Positions 32,673 to 42,191 of a stretch of 64,000 bases of DNA are shown one piece after another (position 1 is the first letter of the stretch; every line of letters starts with the position of its first letter). The notes beneath the pieces are model-generated. The model had not been told where the DNA came from. It made no database searches and saw only the letters and a list, made by a program, of their open reading frames with translations. The stretch comes from Kofleriaceae bacterium (GTDB taxonomy: Bacteria > Myxococcota_A > Polyangia > Haliangiales > Haliangiaceae). The DNA lies in NCBI GenBank assembly GCA_046597055.1, contig JBKJLC010000131.1:1-64000 (forward strand), given 5' to 3'. The translations under genes and the position numbers were made by a program.

Positions 32673-33725
32673 GTGACCGGGCCCAACCCCATCACGCGCG
32701 GCGTCGTCCTCGCCGCGCTGGCGGCGCTCGCCTTTGGCGTCGCCACGCCCATCGTGGCGTGGGCCGGCCGCGGGGTCGGCGCGTTCACGACCGCCGCGCT
32801 GCTCTACGCTGGTGCGGCGGTGACCGCGCTGGTCCTGCGGCTGAGCGCGGGCCGGTCCGACGCACGCCTGCGGCGAGCCGACCTGCCGCGGGTGCTCGCG
32901 GTGGCGCTGGCCGGTGGCGCGATCGCGCCAACCCTGCTGGCGTGGGGGCTTCAGCGCTCGGGCGCCACGCTGGGCGCGCTGGTGCTGAACCTCGAAGCGG
33001 TGTTCACCGTGCTCCTGGCGCGCGCGGTCTATCGCGAGCCGATCGGAGCCCGGGTCGCCGTGGCGGTGGTCGTGATGGCCGCCGGTGGCGCGGCCCTGAC
33101 GCTCGATGCCTGGCGCGGCGCGAGCTGGGGCCTGCTGGGCCTCGCGGCCGTCGGCGGCGCGACCGTGGCCTGGGCGCTCGACAACACGCTGACCCGACCG
33201 CTCGCCGAACGCGATCCTCTCGAGGTCGTCGCGGCCAAGGGCCTCGTCGGCGGCGCGATCACGCTCGTCGCCGCGATCATCGCGCATGACCCGATGCCCC
33301 GGACCAACGCGATCGTCGTGCTGCTCGTGTGCGGCGGGACCGGCTACGGCTTGAGTCTGCGTCTCTATCTGCTCGCGCAGCGACGCATCGGCGCTGGGCG
33401 GACCGGCTCCGTCTTCGCGCTGGCGCCGTTCGTCGGGGCGGCGCTCGCCTTCGCGTTCGGCGACCGGACCGGCGGCGCCTTCACGCTGCTCGCCGCCGCG
33501 CTCTTTGGCCTGGGCGTATTCCTGCATGTCACCGAGCGACACGTCCATGGACATGCCCACCCGCCGCAAGTGCACGAACATCCGCATCGTCACGACGACG
33601 GGCATCACACCCATCGCCACGACCCGCCGGTGATCGGTGAGCACACCCACGACCATGGCCATGAACCGGTCGAGCACGACCACGAGCACGCCCCCGACAT
33701 CCACCACGGCCACGGGCACGACTGA
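32673..33725 (+). CDS. DMT/EamA family transporter with poly-His C-terminal tail
   Basis: About 10 TM segments, LNLEAVFT, WALDNTLTR; 24 His in the last 66 aa. Confidence 0.9.
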   Translation: MTGPNPITRGVVLAALAALAFGVATPIVAWAGRGVGAFTTAALLYAGAAVTALVLRLSAGRSDARLRRADLPRVLAVALAGGAIAPTLLAWGLQRSGATLGALVLNLEAVFTVLLARAVYREPIGARVAVAVVVMAAGGAALTLDAWRGASWGLLGLAAVGGATVAWALDNTLTRPLAERDPLEVVAAKGLVGGAITLVAAIIAHDPMPRTNAIVVLLVCGGTGYGLSLRLYLLAQRRIGAGRTGSVFALAPFVGAALAFAFGDRTGGAFTLLAAALFGLGVFLHVTERHVHGHAHPPQVHEHPHRHDDGHHTHRHDPPVIGEHTHDHGHEPVEHDHEHAPDIHHGHGHD

Positions 33726-33727
33726 AC

Positions 33728-33928
33728 TCACCGCGGCGGGTCGTCCGCCTCGATGATCAGCCTGAGGTCGGCTGGCCGCGGCATCGCCTGGGCGATCGGC
33801 GCGCGCGCCCGGCCGGTGTTGCCGACCGGGTAGCGGCCCAGCGCCGAACCCAACCCTGCGACGGCCAGGCGGACGACCTGGCCGATCAGCTCCCGGACGT
33901 GACCGGCCCGCTTGAACGAAGCGGTCAT
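33728..33928 (-). pseudogene. DUF3703-like protein, C-terminal half only
   Basis: ELIGQVVRL...G.YPVGNTG.A...MP.PADL pattern; in-frame stop just upstream of the start. Confidence 0.6.
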
Positions 33929-34012
33929 CCGCGACGCTCGTCAGGCTCGCCCCAGACCGAGCCGACCACCACCAGGTGCGGCAGGATGCCGACGGGCTCA
34001 GAGATTCGAGGT

Positions 34013-34041
34013 TTGACGAACCCGTGCGTCGCGTCTACCCT
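34013..34041 (+). promoter_or_regulatory. Sigma-70 promoter, leaderless
   Basis: TTGACG-N17-TACCCT, with ATG 7 nt downstream at 34048. Confidence 0.65.
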
Positions 34042-34047
34042 GACCCC

Positions 34048-34380
34048 ATGTGGTCGCGGATCCTCGCGTTGATCCTGGTGCTGGCCTTGTGGCCGGCGCT
34101 GGGCGAGACCGTCGAGATCGCGATGCACCTCGCCCAGCACGGTGACCTCGCCCACGAGCCCACCGACCACCATGACGGCTCGCCCCTGGGCGCCGACGAG
34201 CACGGCTGTTCGGGGACGTTTCACCTGTGTGCGTCCGGGCACGTCAGCGCGCTGTCCGCACCACGGGTGACCGTGGTCGTGACCCGGCCGTCTCGCACGC
34301 CCGCGCCTGCCATCGCGGCCCCGCTCGACGAGCTCGGTCGCGACGCTCCCATCCCGCCGATCCGTCCTCCGATCGCGTAG
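34048..34380 (+). CDS. Secreted His/Cys uORF with C-terminal RPP (CzcI/DUF2946-like leader)
   Basis: Signal peptide, HGCSGTFHLC, Pro-rich end PPIRPPIA; precedes czcCBA. Confidence 0.75.
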   Translation: MWSRILALILVLALWPALGETVEIAMHLAQHGDLAHEPTDHHDGSPLGADEHGCSGTFHLCASGHVSALSAPRVTVVVTRPSRTPAPAIAAPLDELGRDAPIPPIRPPIA

Positions 34381-34470
34381 CGGTTTGCTCGCGTGCCCGG
34401 GCTTGCCTGGGCTCACCCGATCGAACACCTCGTGGGCACCGCTTGAACGGCGGCGCCGCACCGGAGGACC

Positions 34471-35712
34471 ATGCGACGCCACGGCTGGATAGCTACGATC
34501 ACGCTTCTTCTTGGGCTCGCCGCCGAGCGCGGCCATGCAGATCCGATCACCCTGGACCAGGCGGTTGCGCGCGCTGCGCGACGACCCGGGGTGTCGATGG
34601 CGGGCGAAGACGTCGCCGCCGCACGCGGGCTGGCCGCCAGCGCGCGGCAGCCGACATACAACCCCGAGCTCGGGGCCGCGGTCGGCCCTCGCTTCGTCGG
34701 CGGCACCACCGGCGTCGCGGTCGACGTCTCGCTGGCCCAGACGTTCGAGCTGGGCGGCAAGCGTGCGGCCCGCGCCGCGGTCGCCGATGCCCGCACACGC
34801 GCGGCGATGGCCGGGCTCGCGGTGGCGACCCGCGACGCGGAGCTCGCGACCCGCCGCACCTTCCAGCTCGCCCTGGTGGCGCGGGCCCGCCTCGACGCAT
34901 CCCGACAGGCCGAGGAGCTCGCGACCCAGATGGCGACCGCGACTCGCGAACGCCAGGAGCTCGGGGCCGGAACCCAGCTGCAGGTCAACCTCGCCACCGC
35001 GGAGGTCGGGCGGGCTCGCCATGACCGGGTCGACGCCGAGAACCTGTACGAGGCGGCCATCGCCATGCTGGCGGCCGCGGCCGGCGCCGGCCCCGACGAG
35101 CGGCTCGAGCCTGCCGGCGAGCTCGGGGCCCTTCCGGAATCGCCGTGGACCAGGTCGGAGCTGGTCCGACGCGCGCTCGAACGCCGCCCCGAGCTCGTCC
35201 AGACCCGGTCGGAGCGCGAGGCCGCCAGCGCCGAGGTGAAGCTAGCTGACGCGCTGGCGCGCCCGGATCTGACGCTGGGTGTCTCGTACGGCTTCGAGCA
35301 GGACACCGACGTCACCGCCCAGACGGTGCGGGTCTCGGCCTCGATCCCCCTGCCGTTCCGCAACCGGAACCAGGGTAACCGCACCGCGAGCCGGGCCCGA
35401 TTGCGGCGCGCCCAGCTCGATGAAGGTCGCCAGCGCACCGCGATCGTTCGCGAGGCGCACCTGAGCCTGCAGAGCTACGCCCGCGCCCGTGAGGGCGTGC
35501 TCGGCTTCGATCGCGAGATCAACGAGCGCCTGTTCGAGAACCTCGAGCTGGCACGGCAGTCGTTCGAGAGCGGCAAGATCGATTACTTCGAATTCAACGT
35601 GGTGCGCCGCGAGCTGATCGCGAGCCGGACCGCATACCTCGACGCCGTCACCGAGGCTGTCGATGCCTGGCACGCGCTCGTGCGCGCCGCCGGCGAGGAA
35701 CCGACCCGATGA
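34471..35712 (+). CDS. czcC: Outer membrane factor CzcC/TolC
   Basis: NPEL, QTFELGGKR.AR, SIPLPFRNRNQG; RBS GGAGG. Confidence 0.9.
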   Translation: MRRHGWIATITLLLGLAAERGHADPITLDQAVARAARRPGVSMAGEDVAAARGLAASARQPTYNPELGAAVGPRFVGGTTGVAVDVSLAQTFELGGKRAARAAVADARTRAAMAGLAVATRDAELATRRTFQLALVARARLDASRQAEELATQMATATRERQELGAGTQLQVNLATAEVGRARHDRVDAENLYEAAIAMLAAAAGAGPDERLEPAGELGALPESPWTRSELVRRALERRPELVQTRSEREAASAEVKLADALARPDLTLGVSYGFEQDTDVTAQTVRVSASIPLPFRNRNQGNRTASRARLRRAQLDEGRQRTAIVREAHLSLQSYARAREGVLGFDREINERLFENLELARQSFESGKIDYFEFNVVRRELIASRTAYLDAVTEAVDAWHALVRAAGEEPTR

Positions 35713-36959
35713 GCGTATTCGCGCGCACCATCACCGCGGTGACGCTCGCGCTGGCCGCGGCAGCCTGCGGCAAGAGCGAGCCCGCCAAGCCCGCAGCCGA
35801 GGAGGGCCACGACGAGAAGGCCCACGACGAGAAGGCCCACGACGACCGCAAAGGTGAGCACGCTGGCGAGGAGGCCGGCGAGGGCGACGAGGAGGGCATG
35901 GTGACCCTCACCCCCGAGCAGATGGCCAGCGCCAAGATCACGGTGGCGAACCTCGAGAAGCGGGCGGTCGCATCCGAGATCACCGCGACCGGTGAGCTGG
36001 CACCGCCCGACGACGGGCTCGCCCGGCTGGGTGCGAAGCTGTCCGGCCGGGTCACGAAGCTCAACGCGGGCGTCGGTGACCAGGTCAAGGCCGGTCAGGT
36101 CCTCGGCATCATCGACTCCCCCGAGCTCGGGCGCGCGAAGGCCGACTACATCGCGGCCGCCGCGAGCGCTGCGGTGGCGCGCGAGACCGCGGATCGGGAG
36201 AAGGCGCTGTGGGAGAAGAAGATCTCGGCGGAGCGCGACTATCGCGTCGCCCAGGCCGAGGCAACCAAGACCCGGGCTGAAAAAGAAGCGGCCGAGGTTC
36301 GACTTCACACGCTCGGCCTGTCCGACGCGCAGCTCAAGCGGCTCACCGCCGACCAGCATCATGGGTCGTCCGTGACGCTGATCGCGCCGATCGCCGGCGT
36401 CGTCGTCGAGCGGCCCGTGACCCTCGGTCAGATGATCGATCCGAGCGTCACGACCTTCGTGATCATGGACCTGCGCAAGGTCTGGATCCAGGTCGACATC
36501 TACGAACGCGATCTCGCGCAGATCAAGCCGGGGGCCAAGGTCGAGGCGCGGGTCAAGGCCTGGGCCGATCGCGTCTTCGTCGGGACCATCGACTCGATCG
36601 GCGCGATCGTCGAGTCGCGCACCCGTACGATCAAGGTGCGGGTCGCGGTCGACAACGCGGACGGGGCCCTCAAGCCGGGGATGTTCGCGACCGTGAAGCT
36701 GGCCGGGAGCACCGGCGAGGCCCGGGACGGGCTGTTCGTGCCAGCGACGGCGGTCCAGCGCGACGGTGAGCAGGCGATCGTGTTCGTGCCGGTCGGCGAG
36801 CGCGAGTTCCAGCTCCGCCCGATCGAGGTCGGGATCCGCACCAACGAATGGGTCGAGGTGACCAGGGGCCTGGCGCCCGGTGAACGGGTGGTGACCACCG
36901 GTTCGTTCCAGCTCAAGTCCGAGGCTCGCCGCGAGAGCTTCGGCGGGCACGAGCACTAG
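35709..36959 (+). CDS. czcB: RND periplasmic adaptor CzcB
   Basis: Lipobox AAAC, HDEKA repeats, APIAG.V, LKPGMF; ends GHEH; ATGA overlap with czcC. Confidence 0.92.
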   Translation: MSVFARTITAVTLALAAAACGKSEPAKPAAEEGHDEKAHDEKAHDDRKGEHAGEEAGEGDEEGMVTLTPEQMASAKITVANLEKRAVASEITATGELAPPDDGLARLGAKLSGRVTKLNAGVGDQVKAGQVLGIIDSPELGRAKADYIAAAASAAVARETADREKALWEKKISAERDYRVAQAEATKTRAEKEAAEVRLHTLGLSDAQLKRLTADQHHGSSVTLIAPIAGVVVERPVTLGQMIDPSVTTFVIMDLRKVWIQVDIYERDLAQIKPGAKVEARVKAWADRVFVGTIDSIGAIVESRTRTIKVRVAVDNADGALKPGMFATVKLAGSTGEARDGLFVPATAVQRDGEQAIVFVPVGEREFQLRPIEVGIRTNEWVEVTRGLAPGERVVTTGSFQLKSEARRESFGGHEH

Positions 36960-36968
36960 GAGCCGACC

Positions 36969-39900
36969 ATGATCGAACGCTTGCTCGAGTGGTCGCTCAA
37001 CAACCGGGTGATGGTCATCATCGCCTCGCTCTTGCTGGTGGTCGGCGGGTTGAACGCGATGTCGCGGCTGCCCATCGACGCCGTTCCCGACGTCACCAAC
37101 GTCCAGGTCCAGATCCTCACCACCTCGCCCGCGCTCGGCCCCGAGGAGGTCGAGAAGTTCGTGACCACCCCGATCGAACAGGCGATGAGCGGATTGCCCG
37201 ACCTGGTCGAGGTCCGGTCGACGTCTAAGTTCGGCCTGTCGGCGGTCACCGTCGTCTTCGAGGACGACACCGATATCTACTTCGCGCGTCAGCAGATCAG
37301 CGAGCGCCTGGGCGCCGCCAAGGAGGCGATCCCGCCGGGCTATGGCGAGCCCGAGATGGGGCCGGTCTCGACCGGCCTCGGCGAGATCTTCCAGTTCGAG
37401 GTCAAGGGCGAAGGCAAGACCGCGATGGAGCTCCGCACGATCCTCGAGTGGGAGATCGCGCCGCGCCTGCGGGCGGTGCCCGGCGTGGTCGAGGTCAACT
37501 CGTTCGGTGGGGAGCTCAAGACCTACGAGGTCCGGCTCCGTCCCGACGACCTGGCCCGGCTCGACGTGTCGCTCGCCCAGGTGGTCGAGGCGCTCGAGCG
37601 CAACAACGCCAACGCCGGCGGCGCCTACATCGAGCAGAACGCGGAGCAGTACCTGGTGCGCGGCGAGGGCCTCATCACCTCGAAGGAGGACATCGGCGAC
37701 ATCGTCGTGTTCGCCGACGACGACGGCACGCCGGTGTACCTGCGTCACGTCGCGTCGGTCGAGCTGGCGGCCATGGTGCGCCAGGGCGCGGTCACCCGCG
37801 ATGGTCGCGGCGAGGTCGTCACCGGGATCGTGATGATGCGCATGGGCGCGAACTCGCGCCAGGTCGTCATGGACGTGAAGGACGCGATCGTGCGCATCGA
37901 ACCGTCCCTCACCAAGCTCGGCGTCTCGATCGATCCCTTCTACGACCGCACCGAGCTGATCCAGAAGACGATCTACACGGTCGCCAAGAGCCTGATCGAA
38001 GGCGGGCTCCTCGTGGTGGTCGTCCTGTTCCTGATGCTGCGGAACCTGCGGGCGGGCCTCCTGGTGTCGATGGTGATCCCGCTGTCGATGCTGGTCGCGT
38101 TCCTCGGCATGCGGCAGTTCGACGTCTCGGGCAACCTGATGTCGCTGGGGGCGATCGACTTCGGCCTGATCGTCGACGGAGCGGTCATCGTGATCGAGAA
38201 CTCGGTCCGGCTGCTGGCCGAACGTTCGCACCAGCTGGGTCGACCGGTCACCTCGGCCGAACGCACGGAGATCGTGCGCCAGGCCAGCCGCGAGGTGCTG
38301 CGGTCGGCGACCTTCGGCGTGTTCATCATCGCGATCGTCTACCTGCCGATCCTGTCGCTCACCGGCATCGAGGGCAAGATGTTCAAGCCCATGGCGCTGA
38401 CGGTGCTGTTCGCGCTCGCGGGCGCCCTGGTGCTGGCGATGACCTTCATCCCGGCGGTCGCGTCGCTGCTGCTGCCGAAGCAGCTGTCCGAGAAGGAGAG
38501 CTTCATCGTCGCGGGCGTACGCCGCGTCTACGAGCCCGCGCTTCGGGCCGCGCTGCGGGCGCGCTGGGTCGTGGTCGGCGTGGCCACCGTGGTGCTGGTG
38601 GGCGCCGGCCTGGTGGCCACCCGACTCGGCTCCGAGTTCGTGCCCAAGCTCGACGAGGGCGCGATCGCCCTGCAGGCGATCCGGCTGCCGAGCGTCTCGC
38701 TCGAGGAGTCGGTGCGACAGACGACCGCGATGGAGAAGGTGTTGCAGCAGTTCCCGGAGGTGACCACCGTCATCTCGAAGACGGGGCGAGCCGAGATCGC
38801 GACCGATCCGATGGGTGTGGAGATCTCCGACATCTTCGTGATGCTCAAGCCCCACGACGAGTGGACGACCGCCGACACCCGCGAAGGCCTGGTCGCGAAG
38901 ATGGAAGCCGCGCTGAAGCAGTCGATCCCCGGCCAGAACTTCAGCTTCTCGCAGCCGATCGAGCTCCGGGTCGCCGAGCTGATCTCGGGAGTCCGCTCCG
39001 ACGTCGCCCTCAAGATCTATGGCGACGACATGGTCGCCCTCGAGCGGATCGCGCAGGAAGCGGTGTCGGTGCTGTCCAAGGTGCCGGGGGCTGCCGACGT
39101 GAAGGCCGAGCAGACCGCAGGGCTCCCGGTGCTGCGTGTCGTGATCGACCGGCGCGCGATCGCGCGCTTCGGGCTCAACGCAGCCGACGTCCTCGACGTG
39201 GTCTCGACCGTCGGCGGGCGCCAGGTTGGCGTCGTCCTCGAAGGCCAGCGTCGCTTCGACCTGACGGTCCGGTTCGAACCCAGCGTTCGCGACTCGGTGC
39301 ACAAGGTCGCCGACCTCAAGGTGCGGGCCCCGTCAGGAGCGCTGGTCCGGCTCGACGAGCTGGCCGACATCCGCATCGAGGACGGCCCGGCGCAGATCAG
39401 CCACGAGATGGGCCGGCGCCGCGTGACGGTCGAGCTCAACGTGCGCGGCCGCGATCTGGGCGGGTTCGTCGCCGACGCGCGCGCCGCGCTCGACCGCTCG
39501 GGCGTGATCCCCGCCGGCTACTTCACCGACTGGGGTGGTCAGTTCGAGAACTTGCAGGAGGCGACCCGACGTCTTGCGATCGTCGTGCCGCTCGCGCTGG
39601 CGCTCATCTTCGTGATGCTGTTCGCGGCCAATGGCTCGGCGAAGCTGGCGGCGATCATCTACCTGAACGTGCCGTTCGCCGTGACCGGTGGCCTGTTCGC
39701 GCTGGCGCTTCGCGGCTTGCCGCTCTCGATCTCCGCCGGCGTCGGCTTCATCGCGCTGTTCGGGGTCGCCGTGCTCAACGGGCTGGTGCTCGTCAGTTAC
39801 CTCGAGGAGCGGCGCCGCGGCGGGCTGCCGGCCGCAGCAGCGGCCTACGAGGGGGCACGGGTCCGGTTGCGGCCGGTGCTCATGACCGCGCTGGTCGCGT

Positions 39901-40142
39901 CGCTCGGCTTCATCCCGATGGCGGTCGCGTCCGGCGCGGGCGCCGAGGTGCAGAAGCCGCTGGCCACGGTGGTCATCGGTGGGCTGGTGACGTCGACCCT
40001 GCTGACGTTGCTGGTCCTCCCCACCATCTACGCCTGGCTCATGGCTCGGGCGGATCCCCCCCGTCCACTCGGATCGCTGGCAGCCCACCCGCCCGTGACG
40101 CCGTCCGAGCCGGTCGAGACCGAACCGACGGAGGTGCCGTGA
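36969..40142 (+). CDS. czcA: CzcA heavy-metal RND permease
   Basis: [49 protein letters not shown]. Confidence 0.95.
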   Translation: MIERLLEWSLNNRVMVIIASLLLVVGGLNAMSRLPIDAVPDVTNVQVQILTTSPALGPEEVEKFVTTPIEQAMSGLPDLVEVRSTSKFGLSAVTVVFEDDTDIYFARQQISERLGAAKEAIPPGYGEPEMGPVSTGLGEIFQFEVKGEGKTAMELRTILEWEIAPRLRAVPGVVEVNSFGGELKTYEVRLRPDDLARLDVSLAQVVEALERNNANAGGAYIEQNAEQYLVRGEGLITSKEDIGDIVVFADDDGTPVYLRHVASVELAAMVRQGAVTRDGRGEVVTGIVMMRMGANSRQVVMDVKDAIVRIEPSLTKLGVSIDPFYDRTELIQKTIYTVAKSLIEGGLLVVVVLFLMLRNLRAGLLVSMVIPLSMLVAFLGMRQFDVSGNLMSLGAIDFGLIVDGAVIVIENSVRLLAERSHQLGRPVTSAERTEIVRQASREVLRSATFGVFIIAIVYLPILSLTGIEGKMFKPMALTVLFALAGALVLAMTFIPAVASLLLPKQLSEKESFIVAGVRRVYEPALRAALRARWVVVGVATVVLVGAGLVATRLGSEFVPKLDEGAIALQAIRLPSVSLEESVRQTTAMEKVLQQFPEVTTVISKTGRAEIATDPMGVEISDIFVMLKPHDEWTTADTREGLVAKMEAALKQSIPGQNFSFSQPIELRVAELISGVRSDVALKIYGDDMVALERIAQEAVSVLSKVPGAADVKAEQTAGLPVLRVVIDRRAIARFGLNAADVLDVVSTVGGRQVGVVLEGQRRFDLTVRFEPSVRDSVHKVADLKVRAPSGALVRLDELADIRIEDGPAQISHEMGRRRVTVELNVRGRDLGGFVADARAALDRSGVIPAGYFTDWGGQFENLQEATRRLAIVVPLALALIFVMLFAANGSAKLAAIIYLNVPFAVTGGLFALALRGLPLSISAGVGFIALFGVAVLNGLVLVSYLEERRRGGLPAAAAAYEGARVRLRPVLMTALVASLGFIPMAVASGAGAEVQKPLATVVIGGLVTSTLLTLLVLPTIYAWLMARADPPRPLGSLAAHPPVTPSEPVETEPTEVP

Positions 40143-40608
40143 TGGCGCAGGTCCCAGCAACATCGCTGGCCAGCTCGGGATCACCGAGGCGCGGGGCGAT
40201 CTGCTGCCCGAGGACAAGGTCGCCGCGATCGCCGAGCTGGCGCGCTCGGCAGACGCGGTCGCGATGGTCGGCGACGGCGTCAATGACGCGCCCGCGATGG
40301 CCAAGGCCACGGTCGGGATCACGATGGGCGCCGGCGGCTCCGACGTCGCGATGGAGACCGCAGATGTCGCGTTGATGGCCGACGATCTGCGGGCGCTACC
40401 GTTCGCGGTCGGCCTGAGCCGCGCCTGCCGGCGGATCATTCGTCAGAATCTGTGGGCCAGTCTTGGCATGGTCGGGTTTCTCATCCCGGCCACGCTGTTC
40501 GGGTTCGCCGGCATCGGCATCGCGGTGGCCCTCCACGAGGGCTCCACGCTGGTGGTGGTCGCCAACGCGCTGCGGTTGCTCGCCCACCGCGATCCACGCG
40601 CGAGCTGA
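40142..40608 (+). pseudogene. Heavy-metal P1B-type ATPase, C-terminal remnant
   Basis: [59 protein letters not shown] and the N-terminal ~80% are missing. Confidence 0.85.
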
Positions 40609-40731
40609 TCCCGGTCAGCGCTCGCGGTCCCGCGGCCGGCGAAACCTCACCGGCGCGCACGGCGTGGTGACGCGGGCCGGTGAGCGCATGGTCGAGCGCG
40701 CTCGACCTGTCGGCAGGATCCGGAATCGTCC

Positions 40732-40775
40732 TTGACCGGGTGCCGCCGGTGCCGTATTCAAGAAATCAATTGAAT
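40732..40775 (+). promoter_or_regulatory. Promoter with ArsR-type inverted-repeat operator
   Basis: TTGACC-N17-TATTCA; ATTCAA-N8-TTGAAT at 40756-40775 overlaps the -10 and the start codon; AT-rich patch. Confidence 0.7.
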
Positions 40776-41460
40776 GCTGAGTAGCTCACCGCCCCATGCT
40801 GCCAAGCAGCGCATCTACGAGCAGTTCGCCCGTATCGCGAAGGCGCTGGCCTCCCCGGCCCGCCTCGAGCTGCTGGATCTCCTCGCCCAGGGCGAGCGCT
40901 CGGTCGACGCGCTCGCCCGCGCGACCGAGCTGTCGGTTGCCAACACGTCGCAGCACCTGCAGGTGCTTGCGGCCGCCCGCCTGACCGAGTCGCGCCGCGA
41001 CGGTCAGCGCGTCGTCTACCGGGTCGCCGACGCCTCCGTCGAGACGCTGTGGCACGCGCTCCGCCACACCGCCGAGCGCCAGCTCGCCGAGCTCGACGGC
41101 GTGGCCCGTGACTACCTGATCGGGCGCGATGACTACCAGCCCATCGATCGCCAGGAGCTGGCCCGGCGCCTGCGCGCTGGCACGGTCACGCTGATCGACG
41201 TGCGCCCGGCGGAGGAGTACCAGCAGGCGCACATCGACGGCGCGATCTCGGTTCCGATCGACCAGCTACCGACGTGGGTCCGTACCGCCCCGAAGCGCCG
41301 CCAGGTGGTCGCGTACTGCCGAGGCCCGTACTGCGTGTACGCGCTGCAGGCGGTCGCCGCCCTTCGCAAGCGCGGCATCGCCGCCGTGCGTGCCGAGGAC
41401 GGCGTGTCCGAGTGGCGCGCCGCCGGGCTTCCCATCGCCGCCGGGGCGGGCGCGCCATGA
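40774..41460 (+). CDS. ArsR/SmtB repressor fused to a rhodanese domain
   Basis: KALASPARLELL..L.QGERSV, NTSQHLQVL; DVRP.EEY..AHI.GA, YCRGPYC. Confidence 0.93.
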   Translation: MLSSSPPHAAKQRIYEQFARIAKALASPARLELLDLLAQGERSVDALARATELSVANTSQHLQVLAAARLTESRRDGQRVVYRVADASVETLWHALRHTAERQLAELDGVARDYLIGRDDYQPIDRQELARRLRAGTVTLIDVRPAEEYQQAHIDGAISVPIDQLPTWVRTAPKRRQVVAYCRGPYCVYALQAVAALRKRGIAAVRAEDGVSEWRAAGLPIAAGAGAP

Positions 41461-42191
41461 TCTTTCGACCGTTCTATCGCTTCGAGACCGGATGTGCCGC
41501 GTACGTCTTCGGCTGCGGCGGCCAGGGCCTGGCGTGCGTGGTGGACCCGCAGGAGTCCGAGGTCGAGGCGTACGTCGCGTTCGCCGCGTCCAAGGGCATG
41601 CGCATCACGCACGTCTTCGACACCCACGTGCACGCCGACCATCGGTCGGGCGGTCGGGCGTTGGCCGCGCGCACCGGCGCCACCTACGGCCTGCACCGCA
41701 GCGCCGACGTGGCCTACCCGTTCGAGCCGCTCGACGACGGCCAGGTGATCGCGCTCGGCAACACGATCGTCAGCGTCCTGCACACGCCGGGGCACACCGC
41801 CGAGAGCATCTGCCTGGTCGTCAGCGATCTCCGCCGAGGCCCGTCGCCGTGGTTCGTGTGCACAGGCGACACGTTGTTCGTCGGTGCGGTGGGCCGTCCC
41901 GATCTGCCGGGACACGAGCGCGAGAACGCGGCGACGCTCCATCGGAGCATCCGCGATCGGCTGCTCGTCCTCGGCGACGAGGTCGAGATCTACCCGGCGC
42001 ACTTTGCGGGCTCGGCGTGCGGCGCGGGGATGAGCGGCAAGCCGAGCAGCACGATCGCCTTCGAGCGGCGCTGGAACCCGCTGCTCGGCCTCGACGAGTC
42101 CGCGTTCATCGACGAGCTCGCGACCACCGTCGCGCCCAAGCCGGCCGAGATGGCGGCGATCCTGCTCGCGAATCGTGGCAAGGCACCATGA
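41457..42191 (+). CDS. MBL-fold hydrolase, persulfide dioxygenase-like
   Basis: DTHVHADHRSG, HTPGHT, TGDTLFVG.VGRPDL, YPAH, STI.FE. Confidence 0.9.
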   Translation: MIFRPFYRFETGCAAYVFGCGGQGLACVVDPQESEVEAYVAFAASKGMRITHVFDTHVHADHRSGGRALAARTGATYGLHRSADVAYPFEPLDDGQVIALGNTIVSVLHTPGHTAESICLVVSDLRRGPSPWFVCTGDTLFVGAVGRPDLPGHERENAATLHRSIRDRLLVLGDEVEIYPAHFAGSACGAGMSGKPSSTIAFERRWNPLLGLDESAFIDELATTVAPKPAEMAAILLANRGKAP

